DNA from: Pavona decussata
Lineage: Eukaryota
Assembly: GCA_977016875.1 (NCBI GenBank)
Contig: CDRNST010000102.1
Location: forward strand, 1,364,001 to 1,428,000
Direction: 5' to 3'
DNA length: 64,000 bases
Shown here: positions 49,601-62,969 of the stretch, one piece after another
Position numbering within the stretch: the first letter of the stretch is position 1
How the letters are laid out: each line of letters starts with the position of its first letter
Notes under the pieces: generated by a model
What the model was told of the DNA's origin: nothing
What the model saw: only the letters and a program-made list of their open reading frames with translations
Database searches by the model: none
Program-made: the position numbers and the translations under genes

Positions 49601-52600
49601 AGTTGTTTGTCTTCGCATCTGAAGAGTGAGAAGATTTTGGTACGAGATTAGGCAGCTCTAAGTAAAGTGGTAAGATTGAAAATTGAAAGCTTCAGGAAAA
49701 CACAAAGCAACAAGAAGCTGTAGACAGCTTCTATTCGCGGCGCCTTTAACATTAATACCTGTTCGTTGTAGTTAGCTTCTAGCAAAAGGCGAAGACCTGC
49801 TACATGTTGACAATGAGTGGTATATCTTCAGCTTCGATGTAAGAAATATAAAACAGTACAAAAACCATTTTCAAAATTGTCCTTTAACTGTACATATAGG
49901 CGAATAATCCAAGGATGGTCCACAGTTCCAACTCGTCTTTATTACAGTTATTACGAATTACGATTACGGTTGCTGAAAGCGAAACAAAATACAAATTACT
50001 AAGGAATACAAATGACGGCTATGAAACGACGAAAATACAGGAAACGGAAAGAAACTAAGCGAAAATACTTACAAACGTTTTGTGACTAGAAAGTTGAACG
50101 GAAAAAATGTACGATGGCTAACAAGACTGGACGAAAGAAACTGCAACGATGTTGCCGTGAACGCTGAAGCGAAATGAATTAAAATAAACGATGAAACTTA
50201 CAAAAATGATCTAAGAACAAAGAAAATTATGCAGAGAAATCTGACAGAATGAATAGCAATAACTGAAAAGAATGCGCAAGGAATGTGCAACTATACAAAG
50301 AACTAAACGCTAAACATATTGACGTGGAATGCGGCCGTAATATCTGGCTCCCCTAAGAGTTAGGAAAAACTCTTATGTCCTCAATTCTTAATAAAGCATT
50401 AAAGTTCATTGAACATCTCTAAATCTCCTTGGCTCCTCTGGCTGGGATTTACCCCTAGTCTTCAGTTTTCTTCATTCTCAAGTATTAGCACGAGCTTCTG
50501 AATTGGCCTCTCTAACGTTGTCGTTGCCGTTGCAACCTTCACCGATCGGACCTGTCCCTTTGAATCTGGGCGTGAGTCGACAACTCGAGCCATATTCCAT
50601 TGATTTCTTGGCACTCTATCATCGACGATCAATACAAGGTCCCCTCTTTGAAGGTTTTTTCCTCGGATTGTTCCATTTCACTCTCTCTTTTAGGGTCTGG
50701 ACGTACTCCTTACTCCATCTCGACCAAAAGACGTTGGACAAGTATTGAACCCGTTTCCATCTTCGACGGAGATAAACGTCGGCCTTCTGGAAGTTACCCG
50801 GGGGCGGCATTACGATCTTTGATTTCATCGTCAATAAGTTGGTTGTTGATGATGCATTCTACCTCAGTCATCAAGGTTCTAAGAGACTCGTCATCAAGGG
50901 CGTGACCATATTCTCGCATCAGCGCAGACAAGATGGATCGAACAGATCGTATCTGACGTTCCCATACGCCACCCATATGAGACGCAGCTGGCGGATTCCT
51001 TTTCCATTTGATAACCCAATCAGAATTGAAGTCTTTAGTGAGGCGGCTTTGGATGTCGTCATGTTCCATCTCCTCTAAGGCTTTCTTAAGCTCTGTCTGA
51101 GCTCCCACAATGTTGGTTCCCTGGTCTGATCTGATCTCGCGCACAGGCCCTCTCCTTGCTATGAACCTTCGTGATGCTTCATGAGGGAATCTGTTTCTAG
51201 CGAGTCCGCTGTTTCGATGTGTACTCCTCTACTGGCTAAGCAAGTAAATAGTACCCCATAACGTTTGACTTCTTTCCTGCCTTGCTTTATATGAAAGGGA
51301 CCAAACAGATCGAAACCACAATAGGTGAAGGGAGGGGCAGCTGCTATCCTCTCCTCCGGCAGGTCAGCCATCTTCTGTTCACCGATTGTTCCTCGAAGGT
51401 GACGACACACAAAGCACTTGGAAATGAGATGTCTGACAGCAGAATTCGCGCTAACTATCCAATATCGGCTTCTAAGCTCGTTCAACGTTATGCCTCTGCC
51501 AGCATGAGCAACTTTTTCATGAGCGTCGCGAATGATAAGCTCGACGATGAAACTCTTCTGAGGGAGGATAACCGGATGCTTAAAGTTTTCCTCGAACTCC
51601 TGTGAATTACCCAATCTAAAACCAACGCGGATGAGTCCATCCTTGTCTAGAAATGGATCGAGGCGGGACAGGGTACTTGATTTCATAAATTTCAGACTTC
51701 TTCGCTTTCGCGAATTGGCGATCGTCCTTGAAGTATGCTCTTTGAATCTTCTGCAAGGCTCCTATTTCCTTGGGAAACACTCTGCTCTGTATAAGTTTAA
51801 GAATGGTCTTCCCAGCTCTATCCAACTCTTTTACCCTCAGAGGCTCGGCTTCAACCTTTGCGGCGTGTCCACCTCTCCTTGTACCATCGTCAGTAATACC
51901 TTGCTTGGGCTTGAGACGGAGCATCCAAGCAATAGATTTCTTCAGTCGGTGCCATTCGGAAAACCGGTTAAGCCTCGTCAGAAAATCTTCGCTCTCATCG
52001 ACGCCCGTGCTGTGTAACGAGATACTTTTAACTTCAGGGTCGTCTTCAGGGATATCGTTTAGGTCTCCAGGGGCTTGAGGCCACTCACTCTCAGGTAGCC
52101 GTAAGAAGTTCGGACCTGTAATCCAACGACACTGCGGGGATAATTCTTGACCGTCAAGACCACGGAAAGCGTCATCTGCTGGATTCCTTTTGGACGCAAC
52201 GTACCTCCACTGGTAGGGGTTTGTCGCGTCTCGTATATTCTGAACACGGTTGGCGACAAAGACTTGAAAACGCTTCTCTTCGTTGCTTATGTACTTTAAC
52301 GCGGTTGTGCTGTCTGTCCAGAAGTGCCCGCCATTAACAGATTCGTCTAGCTCTCTGGCGATCATCTCTACCACACGTACCGATACAGTGGCTGCGGTTA
52401 ACTCTAAACGAGGGATAGTCATGGTCTTCACGGGAGCAACTCGAGCCTTCCCTATAAGAAATGCCCAATGAACATCACCTCTCTCGTTCTCCATTCTAAG
52501 ATAGGATATTTGACCAAAACCAGTCGAACTTGCGTCAGAGAAGCTGTGGATCTGTCTCGAGATGACGACGCCAAAGTTATTGGGCTTCGAACATCGTTCC

Positions 52601-55600
52601 ATAGAGAAACGCTCAAGTGTAGTCAACTGGCCTCTCCACCTTTCCCAACGTACGCGGAACTCCTCGCAAATCTCGTCGTCCCATCCTAGCTTTGTTCGGC
52701 ACAGATCCTGCAATATCTTTTTCCCGACTAACAGGAAGGGCGCAGCTATACCCAGGGGGTCGTAGACGGAAGATATGGTTGATAATATACCCCTCCTTTT
52801 TAGTGGTTGGTCTTTGATGACAATTCTGAAACCGAACATGTCCGATTCGATTGCCCACTGGACACCAAGAGCTCTCTCCACTGGATAGTAATCACTTCCT
52901 AATTCTAACGATCTAAGTTCTGGGGCGCGCACTTCTTCCGGGATACTTTCGAGAACGTTCTTGTTGTTGCTAACGAACTTGGCCAAATTAAACCCTCCAT
53001 GGGCGCAAGCATGGCGTACGTCACGTATCCTTTCGATGGCGGTATCTTCTTTTCCTTCGAAGCGCAGACAGTCGTCAATGTAAAAGTTCTTTCGCAGAAC
53101 ATCTGCGGCCTCTGTTCCAACAATCTTTTCCGCGTCATCTGCGGCTTTCTTCAGCGCGAAATTTGAGCAACTTGGTGACGACACTGCGCCGAACAAATGA
53201 ACATTCATTTGATATTCTTCAAGGTCTTGTGTTAGGTCTTCATCAGGCCACCAAAGGAAGCGAAGGAAGTCTCGCCGGCCTTCTGGTACGCGGACTTGAT
53301 GAAACATTGCATCAATGTCCCCCATAAACGCAATAGGCTCTTCGCGAAATCCTGTAAGGACACCAACAAGTCGATTCGTCAGGTCAGGCCCTTGTAGCAA
53401 CTTGTCGTTGAGCGATGTTTCTCCAAATCTAGCGCTACAGTCGAACACCACCCTTATCTTGTTCGGCTTCCTGGCATGGTAGACGCCATGATGGGGTATG
53501 TACCAGACTTGGCCCGTCTTTGCAGGAATAAGATGAGACGGTACCTTCCGAGCAAATCCCTTGGCAATGATGCTGCTCATAAAGTTAACATAGTCCTTGT
53601 AAAACTTTGCATTCTTAATAAGCTTCTTTCTTAACCATAGTGATCTTTGAAGAACTTGTCCTCTATTGTCAGGAAACCATTGGCTGTCAACGTGGAAAGG
53701 AAGGGGAATTTCATAATGATGATCTTCCTCGTGACGAACTCCCTGGCTAACTATCTTTAGAAACTTCATGTCTTCTCGGGAATATTCTTGCTCCTTATCT
53801 TCCGTTCCTTCACTGAAGTCTAGTTCGAGCATCTTATTGAGTGCTTGTGGAGTGACGATCTTCTTAAGGTTACCCGGGACCTTCAGAGGTGTCTCGCGTT
53901 TAAGCGATGTAGCGCGTCCAGTTTAAACTGTAGATACCTAAACCCCTATATCAAATTAAAGCTTATAGAACTGACTATCAAACCATACCAAGAACTTTGA
54001 AATAAAATAAATTGTCGAATTTTTCACGACCTCTAATTGCGAACGTCCGAATCACCTTTTTAAAGCTACAAGTCAAAGTGAATTTTGTTTTTTGCTACTT
54101 TAATTTGCTCCTCAGTTTCCAGACCCAAAGCGCTAAAAAATCGTGTCTGCGTTTTGCCATATTCAATCGCAGTGAAAAGTTATAGAGCATTTTCGAAATA
54201 GGATGGAAAAAATGTGGAGTAATCGTACAAAAATCGCTCTCGGAGAAAAAATATTTCGAAAGAAAAAATTCGCAGACACGTTTTTGTTGTTTATATGTTA
54301 AACTAGCTACTGTCCAAATTTGAAGGCAAACGAACAAATTCCTTTTGCGTTTTAGCTCTTTGAAGTGGCTCCTCCAAGTGAAAAAAATGTATTCGAGAAA
54401 ACAGCGCTAAAAATTCGGCAATTCATTTTATTTCAAAATTCTTGGTTTAGTTGAATAGCCAGCTCTATAAGCTTTAATTTGATATAAGGGTTCAGGTATC
54501 TACAGTTTAAACCGGACGCGCTACATCGCTTGGACGCGAAACACCTCTGAAGACACCTCTGAAGGTACCGGGTAACCTTAACTCTGCTCTCTACCATGAA
54601 GTGGTGGTCGAGGTGTCTGCCTGAACCAACTTGCGTAGTAGCAACTTTATAGCAATTGACATTTGAATGTTCTGTGTCGCACATGTACAGAGGGCCCACT
54701 ATTGCCCATCCAACAAACGTTCTGATTGCGAAGGGACCACCATCTTCACTAGCTAATACGTCTATGGGTTCGAGAGCTTTCGGGCAGTTTGAGCCAATTA
54801 GAAGACCAATGCTGACGTTCGGTTACTGTGTAGGCAGCTCGCTGGCTATGTTTCTGAGATGTTTCCAACGATGGGCCAGTTCAGGGGTAGGCACATTTGG
54901 GGGTGTGCAGAGGTCCTCTTTAGTGAATATCTTCGGTAGCTGTATGGGATTCTTGCCCTTTACGTCCGTGACGATTAATCCATTCAAGACCTTAGAGTCG
55001 TGCAACTTCGTACCATTGACAGTCTTCACCATGAGATGTGTATTCACGCCCTTCATCCCCAAGGTGGTCGCAATGTCGTCAATAACTAACGAACCGGTAC
55101 TGCAGGTGTCAAGCATGGCGTAAGTGAGGACTTCACTTTCAGCAGATTTCAGCCTAACGGGAGCGACAGGAACGGCGGCTACTGATTCTTTGGTGCCTAC
55201 AACATGGCAGAGGGCTTCTTCCACCTCCGTTTGAACATTTAAAACCTTCTCCTTTGGTTGCGGAGGAATAGAGCTAGCCTGTTTGGAGGCCTCCTGATTG
55301 AGGGCGAAGCTATCATCATATAGACCCGTTGGATGTCGACGTGAGCAGCTCTTACAGGTCCTTCGCTGGGCACAACAGTTGGATCTATGTCCAGGACTGT
55401 AGCAGGCAAAGCAGAGTGATTTCATCTTTAGGAAGTCTTTCCTTTATGACAAGGATTTCTTCAAGTAGTCTAGACAGTCGTCCAAGTCATGGTTCTTGTT
55501 GCACAACTTACAGAGGCTAATGGGAGTGCGTGAGCCTGATTGTTGGTCAGCGGTCACATCTGTCGCGTGAGTGGAGGCAAGATGTGAAGTAACATTATGG

Positions 55601-58600
55601 CTCTCGGGCGTCTTAGACCTGCGAAAGCCTTTACCTCTACCTTTGCCGGAACGATCAGGTCGATCTGAGGTATCATCCAAACGACGGAGAGCTTCACGAG
55701 AGAAGACTGGGTCGGTCGCAATTCCTGCTTCTGCATTAACGAAGTTCACGAAGTCGGCAAAGGAGGGGATCACTCCACCCGCCATTCTCCCTTCATTTGC
55801 TTCTCGGCGCCATCGGTCTTGAAGCGTAAATGTAAGCTTGGTTACCATGCTTTGCAAATTGTGAAGATGATTTAGAATAGACAGATAGATTAGAGTTGCC
55901 ATCGCGCTCCGGCACTGACTAAGGAAGATGGAGAATCTGTCTAATGCCAACTCGTCCCCTGGTCGGATTCAGGGCCACTCGTTAATTCTCTTAAGATAGG
56001 CGTTGGATATCTTGTATGGGTCCCCATACTTTTCGTTAAAGAGCTTTTTGGCCTCTAGGTACCCGCTGTGTCTATCAAGGTGGAGACATTCCTTGATTAG
56101 GTCCTTGGGTTCTCCGTGTAAATACTGCTCTAAGTATTGCAGACGTACATCATTCGCGCTGACCTTAGCCTCTACTTACGATTCAAAACTTCTTATAAAG
56201 GTAAAGTACTCCAAAGGATCGCCACTAAACTTGGTCAGTGTAAGAGAAGGCAGTAAACTCTGTTGTTGTTGCTCCGCTAGTAATTCTGTTAATCTGTTCT
56301 GTTGTTGCAGGACTTCACAGAACTGCTTAGCGCTTTGATGTGTGTAGGCCATGTATCGAGGTTCACTTGCGAAAGGTTCTTGTTTCGGTTGTCCTAATGG
56401 CTCTGTATCTTGCTTCGTTTTCGTGACGTGAAACTCAGGTGCAAAAGGATTCAGACTTGGATGCTGCATTGGCTTAGGAGGAGTTTGTATCATAGGAGCG
56501 TCATATAAATCAGCGGTAACGCTCACTTTAGTCATAGTGTTAGACGTAACGGCTGGAGACGTGTAAGCGCTTGAGGAAGTCGGAAGAAACGGCCCAGATG
56601 AAGTAGATGCCTTTACAGAAGAATCTTTCGGAGACAATTCTTGACGACCAGTCTAATCTGCATCGCCGACACCCCTTTCAATTTCAGCGAACACACCCTC
56701 TCGCACGCGAGCAACTGCCAACTGCTCTTCGAGGCGTAACTTCTCGACTCTCAACTCCAACTCTTTCCTTTTTTCCAACATAGCAACTCTGGCCTTTAAC
56801 TCGGCGGCTTTTGCTTTCTCTTTTGCTCTGCTTGAGGTAATCGAACGGCTAGAATGTCTAGAGGATGCCTTTGAACGATGCGATGTGGAATATAACGAGC
56901 CAACTTGGGATCTTGTTTCCAAGCTATGTTCGATTGTCTCTTTCGCGGTTGAAATCCAGAGTACAGTTTTGTCTAAAACGTCGTTAATCCTTTCATTCAG
57001 ATTAATATACCATTCGTTCGCAACGTCCACATCCTTCAAATTTTCTTTGTTTTCTCTTGATGAATTATTAATGAGTTTGAGAACGTATGATCAAAGTTAA
57101 TTTTCTCATCGGTTTTTAAGTAACACTTATTGCCATAGCAACGGTTATCAATATCACCATTATCTCTGGCAATATCTCTGTAAGAGCGTTTTAAAGTATG
57201 AGGAAAGACCTTTTAACACAAAAGACAAAGTGTCAAGTTTTATTTTGCCGAAGATATTGGTGAAAAATGCGGGATTAAACAAAATCTCCCCGTAAAAAAT
57301 GATTCAATATTTGCTTTCAAACGCTCTTACAGATTTTTTTCTAATTTCGCTTACAAGTTGTCTAGATTGAGTAGTTTAAATCCCTAAAGTTTCGTCATAA
57401 AGTGTCTGACTAGATTTCGAGATAATCGACACTGTTTAAAATGAGAGGCTATGCGCTACCTTGCTGTGGTAATAGTTGTTGCTTGGAAACAACTAGTATG
57501 AAGGAGATCGAAGTTTATTTCGTATGCGAGATTGTAATTTCAAAACTTCCTTCCTAAGTCCAGAAAAACTGCTGCGAGCCTCCTTAACATTCTCTCTCTT
57601 ATAAAAGATGTAGCGATGATCAATCATCAAACTTCTACTTGTTCAGCCGAGGTATACCCAAATAACTATCGCTATTTAAATAGAAATTTGATGCCAGATG
57701 AAAATATGGATTTGTTGACCACTCATTGATATCATTTTCTTTCTTGACTAATGCCTTGCAGTAGCGATTGGTTCCCATCCAGGCCATCCCGCTCAGTCAT
57801 GCAAACACATCCGGGATATCGGAATCTCTAACAAAAACGGAGAGTACTGGATCGACCCCGAGAGGAATGGAAACCCTTTAAAAGTCTACTGTGACTTAAC
57901 AACTGATGGAGGTAGGTCTGGGATTGCGCTTCCCTTAAGAGACACTGAAGTCCCCTTCCCCCACTGCAGCCCCCTAGTAGGGTGAATGCAATGGCTTCTG
58001 GAGTTAACATCTAATCCTACTTAAGGTGGGGGTAAACATGAATTTGAATGAAATTTCAGGTGGTTTAAAGAAGGGATAAAAGAAAGAAAATTATTTTTGG
58101 AACACCAACAGACAGTTGCCCCCAACGCAAGAGCACACCAGGTTGGTAGGGGACTGTTTGGGTGTCCATATATCCATTTTTAATCGTTCAAATTCTAATT
58201 TTTAAACAACATCAAATCTTAACTATTTGTTATTCTACAAGTTTTACTACTCTTTTGAGAAAAACTGTCTCCTCCCAAATTCACCTAAAAATCACTAAAA
58301 AGTTTACAAAACTCCCCAAAACATTGATTTGTGTGTGAGTAGAGGGTTTTTGTATTGATTGAAACGCGAACGAGATATTTTAAGTGGCGTGAAAACGGCT
58401 TTTAATGCCAATGGTGTGGGTTCACCACAAACGGAAGGGCACCAGGCCGCCAACTTCGCCGGGGTAAAAAAGCCTCCAAACATTTTGCCCAAATGAAGCA
58501 TATGTTTCTTGCATAAAAAAACGCGCACGTATTCGAAATGAACACATTTTGATTGGTTATCCGTTTCCTAACTAAGGTTTAACCCATGCACCCTGCTTGG

Positions 58601-59462
58601 GTTTAACTAAAGTTACGTTCCGTTGGTTTTGATCTTCCAGGCGTAAATTTCTTTACTATCGTTACATTACTAAAAATAGTTATTTTATAGTGAGCATTGT
58701 CTTGACCATAATTAATAGCCTTTGTGTGACCCCAGCACCATTTACATTCTTTTGTTTTGGATCATCAACGCGTAAATTTCTAGAACAAACAGAGGAGCGG
58801 TCACATTACCAAAATAACTCACTACAGTTACCGCTGTCTTAAACTGAAGACAAAATATAGTTAAGGGGTAGATGTGACCACAACCAACATTTCATCACCT
58901 GATCATCCCTTGAAACTTGCTCATTTCAGGTGGATGGCTTCTTGTTTTGAATGTAGTTATTGGCAGTCCAGCCACCCACCCTCAGTTGTCAAAAAAGACG
59001 TCATACCGTGGAATAAGTGGTTACCAAAGCAACAGGATGGTTGTCAACAATAGCGCTATGAAGGAGCTGCGAGCGCACTTGTCTTTCACTCAACTGAGAT
59101 TCCACTGCAGAAAGCAACAGGTGGGACGTATATTCCACGTGACCACAGCCACTAACAGCTCTGGGGAAGCTGTAGTCCAGTACTTCAGCGGTCAGACAAA
59201 TGTCTTGCCTGGTTCATGTGGCTCGTTTGTGAGAATGGAGAATGACAACTCGAGCTTAGCAAATGGTTGTAATCAGTGGGCAGCTAAAAAATGGAGCTCT
59301 AAAGACTTTGGCGATAATGGCGACGGACGACTCTACCATCACGTTGCCATTGTATTTGGTAAATACCACTGGCTTCTTGGTACATTCGAAAATAGATGGG
59401 AATGTGATGACCTCAGAGTTGGCTTGTCGCCTGGCGATTTCTGGAAAGTCTTTGTTCGTTAG
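46644..59462 (+). CDS. Secreted PAN + remnant EGF + fibrinogen-like protein, 372 aa (copy B); exons 46644-46758, 46852-47072, 49400-49499, 57762-57911, 58930-59462
   Basis: Exon lengths 115/221/100/150/533 match copy A; all splice sites are intact and there are no internal stops. Confidence 0.88.
47527..49134. mobile_element. ~1.6-kb insertion in intron 2 of PAN gene B, containing a long hairpin (48018-48187)
   Basis: Absent from copy A intron 2; AATTAAGGATTAATTTCCACTTGTATTTTCAAAG pairs with CTTTGAAAATACAAGTGGAAATTAATCCTTAATT. Confidence 0.65.
49889..57085 (-). mobile_element. BEL/Pao LTR retrotransposon, degenerate, 5' LTR missing
   Basis: Gag FSGDPLEY and Cys/His knuckles; protease YAMLDTCS; [17 protein letters not shown] and FYIDD; RNase H FSDAS and IPRLEL; integrase DLFGPF, SDQGTN and GGVWER. 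PPT and 3' LTR at ~49889-50342. Confidence 0.93.
53868..54577. mobile_element. TTAA-target MITE (Kolobok-like), copy 2, inserted in BEL pol
   Basis: TTAA TSD; same family as 38844-39542; removing it restores [21 protein letters not shown]. Confidence 0.9.
57086..57583. mobile_element. One-ended TTAA-type DNA transposon fragment
   Basis: Ends ...GCGAGCCTCC|TTAA where homology to the copy-A intron resumes; the other end was lost with the BEL 5' end. Confidence 0.5.
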
Positions 59463-59892
59463 GAACTGATCGGGCCGATAAATCGGTACTTGTAAATTAG
59501 CATTAATAATCATGATTTTTTTTTTCGCATTTGACCTTTGACAATACACTTACATAGGCCTCTTGCGGCGGTCAAACATGCAGCGCCTGCGAATTCTCAT
59601 CTGATCGGTGAAAAGAAGGAATCCTTACCCGGCGCAGTCACTAAGGCTGATTTTTGCTGTGATTGTTTCCATAAAGAAATCATCAACCACATACCTTAAG
59701 TTTATGTTTGATGACTCCGCCGTTTCAATCTCTACCAATGCCTTTTGTAAAAGGCCTTTTTGCAACTCATTTATTTCATTGCTCATGTACAAATAGAACA
59801 TAGAAGACAGGGGCTTGTTCAGCTTTGACTGTTGTTTGAACGAGGTCTGTGCACCATTGTACCATACGTTCGGGAGATTCCTTAGCTGTTAA

Positions 59893-60529
59893 GAAGTGCT
59901 TTCCTGTGATGCTTTCTATTATGCTGTACAAGGTGATGGTAACGTTTGAGTCTCGGGATCAGGGAAATCCTAAAGTGTGACTAATTCCAACTGAAGAAAG
60001 CTATTGCGCATTACTTTCCTGTGGTACTTTCTATTATGTTGTCAAGGTGATTATAACGTTTGAGTCTGTGGATGAAATCCTAAATTGTGACCATTCAAAT
60101 AAAAGCTACTTAGCAGTACTTTCCTGTGCTGCTTTTTATTAATGCTGTACCGAGGTGATTGTAACGTTTGAGTCTCGGGATGAAATCCTAACGGCTGCGA
60201 CCATTCAAATGAAAGCTACTGCCGGCAGTACTTTCATTCGGTACTGTTTGTTTTACTGTACAAGGTGTTTCTAACGTTTGAGTCTCTAGATGAAATCCTT
60301 AAATGTGACCATCTAGATGAAAATATCATATGCAAAGTAGCGCGATTCTGAGGTGTTGCTTCTTATGATAGTAAGCGGTGGTTCTAAGTTTTCAGTCTGT
60401 GGATGGAATCCCCATGTTTGACCTTTTAAATGAAAGCTAATAAGCAGTACTTTCCTGTCACTGTTTTATATAGTTGTGCTCTAAAAGCATTTGAGTCGAA
60501 GGATGAAATCCCAAAAGTGTGACCATTCA
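59893..60529. repeat. Satellite, ~106-bp unit (copy B)
   Basis: Same unit as 29083-29705. Confidence 0.9.
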
Positions 60530-60627
60530 GGATCCCTTCGTTTGTAGGATATGTCATGCGTCAGCACCACGAAGCCCAATTAGACTGTGGATCAAGAAAA
60601 CAAAGCACAACTCAATTAGACAATGAT

Positions 60628-62092
60628 GGTAACAACATCAACAACACATTCTTTATTTAAACACAATTAGGTTTTAAGCATAAAAATGCTTGTGCGGTCG
60701 TGAAAGGTAAATCCTACATTTCAAATGGTACAGTAATATTAAAACATAATAACATTACGGTGTAATGTTGCACAGACTGGACGTCAAAATCAATTTCTTT
60801 AAATACTTTATCATTTTTTACCCTATTGTAGAAAACCTTAAAAGTAAATCCATTGTACTTTCAGATGACGTTCCATAAAATAGCGCCTTTATGGCTAATA
60901 GAATGTTTTTTAAATCGCGCTACAGTAATCGTATTATATCCCAGGGGCCCCACTCACATGTTTTAATGACGGGGGGGTCCAACAATAACACAAGCGCAAT
61001 TTACTGCTTGTGTGGCATTACGGGATATTTCTGAGATTGTAATCTATTTGAAAAGTAATTACCGGCACTCCACCAAAGTTGAAGTTGGCATGTTTTAGCT
61101 TTCCAGAAGATAAATAATAAAATTTGCTGATGCAAAAACATTAAGGGATTTTTTTGTGTTTTCTTAAAAATGTAGGGATTTATTTTGGATAGACAAATTC
61201 TGAAGTTGGGAGTTTTTTGGGTATAAAATATGAACCTCTGTCGGACCCCCTCCCCCCCCCCCCCCCCCTCCTCGTCATTAAAATATGTGAGTGGGGCCCC
61301 TGGGTATTGTATCTTTTATGATTGTAGCCCGAAGGCTTGGAGTTTACCAAGTGAGACAGTGCGCGTGGGGCTTCGTCATTGAGCACTTTATAGATTAGTT
61401 TAATTAAATGTAATTTGTATTGGTAACTGATTGTATTCCAGATGCAGTGTCGGTATACCTCATCAGTTGGCGTGTATTGGGGTAGGTTGTAGATCACTCT
61501 GGCAGCTCTACGATGGAGTATCGCTGAAGAATTTAGATGTTCTAAATTATTACAACCTCCGGCATACGACATGGCCATATAAGACTGAAGGGAAGATGAC
61601 TTTAAATACAAATCTAACAGGGGTGCTCTGTTCAAGTATAAGTAGGTTCAACTTGTTAATAAAACTCTTCTTTACACTGATTAGATTCCAGTTTTGATCA
61701 AGAGAGTCCGTTGTCAATAGTTATCCCAGAAGTCGAATGTAATTAACCCACTCGATCCGTTCCTCACCAACAACTACAGAATTAAGTGATCGGATGAACG
61801 GTTTTTTCTCAGGTAACATTGCTTCGCAATTTGCCGAGTGAAGTGTTAAAGAGTTCTCCAACCACCAGTTATTAAATTTGGAGAGCGCGTCATTTATCGA
61901 CCGTGTTGCTGATACAATCACGGTTGAATCGTCTGCGTAGATAAATACGGTGCCGGATGAAATGGAAGTCGGCAAGTCATTGGTATAAAGGGCGAATTGT
62001 GTGGAGCGTAATACTGAACCTTGAGGAACACCTCTAGTGACATTTAACACTGATGAGCGCTGGACATGAACAGACGGAATATTGAGATCGAT
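60628..62092 (-). mobile_element. CR1-type LINE fragment (duplicate of 29805-31020)
   Basis: GVPQGSVL..YTNDLP..YADD motifs; same insertion position as in copy B. Confidence 0.85.
60940..61304. mobile_element. MITE with 8-bp TSD inserted in the LINE
   Basis: TIR CCCAGGGGCCCCACTCACAT(G/A)TTTTAATGACG; TSD TATTATAT/TATTGTAT; empty site in copy B. Confidence 0.85.
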
Positions 62093-62246
62093 GGGGTCAT
62101 CGATTAAATGGCCAATATACAATGGCCGCCAAGTTTATCAAAACTCTGGAATGCCATTATCCAATCAACCAGCAAGGGTATGAGTAGGGCAGGGTAACTT
62201 GGGGTTTGGCAAGGCCGGACTACATCCTGCAATAGATAACGATAAC

Positions 62247-62408
62247 TTAATGGATGTCAAGACTTTGCTTTAAGTTATGCCTCGGACGACCATGGAAGCA
62301 CCAAGCCACCCCTTCAATTGTGTGGTCAAAACAGCATCCCTTGTCCTTTTCACACTCATCTCGTTGTATTCCAATAGTTACAAATCCATGAGCGCTAAGG
62401 ACAGACTT
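62247..62408 (-). pseudogene. Half-trefoil terminal exon (paralogue C), orphaned from exon 1
   Basis: KSVLSAHGFVTIGIQRDECEKDKGCCFDHTIEGVAWCFHGRP..DIH*; the exon 1 and upstream region are deleted at ~62663. Confidence 0.7.
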
Positions 62409-62969
62409 CTATAGAAGAAAAGGATATCTGTAGCGGCTAACTGCGCTGGGCCAGGCTAATAACTCGTATTCATTCAGGTAAACTCACATTTAATAAACGC
62501 TGGAAACTGAAACATCAGAGCATCAGTACGTCTGAAGGATACGCTAGCTTACATACAGAAATACAAACAAAACAACCGAGCGAAAGCCATACTTGCAGTT
62601 TATTGTGCCTACACTCAGACGATCGCGGTACAAACCTAGAAATTCGTACGCTCACATGGCGAGAACAGGTATTACAGAATGCTATAATCTGCGTTGTCAA
62701 ACCACTAAAAAACCAAAATTGAGCAGGCGGGCACTGCTCAGCTATTTAAAGTTGTTGACAGCTTGTTCATTTCAAGATCTCCCTACATCTCTTGGTTGAA
62801 AATTCAGTCAATGATTTTTACGTTCAAAGAACATCGAATCGTACTTTTTTGGACGATCTAGATAGAAACTCTGGAGGCTTTACACCCCCTGCCGCTAAGG
62901 AGCCCATACGATCACCGCCCTCACTTCTTTCTTGGATTGAGGAACACGAGCTGTACTATGACTCAACGA

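Larger units (their letters stand above)
29703..60525. repeat. Tandem segmental duplication, copy B (TE-expanded)
   Basis: Collinear homology with copy A (trefoil 3' region, trefoil upstream region, PAN gene, satellite). Confidence 0.85.

Noticed and set aside
50503-57100. Numerous plus-strand ORFs over the BEL element (and minus-strand ORFs over the Gypsy)
   Set aside because: Antisense shadows of retrotransposon coding sequence.
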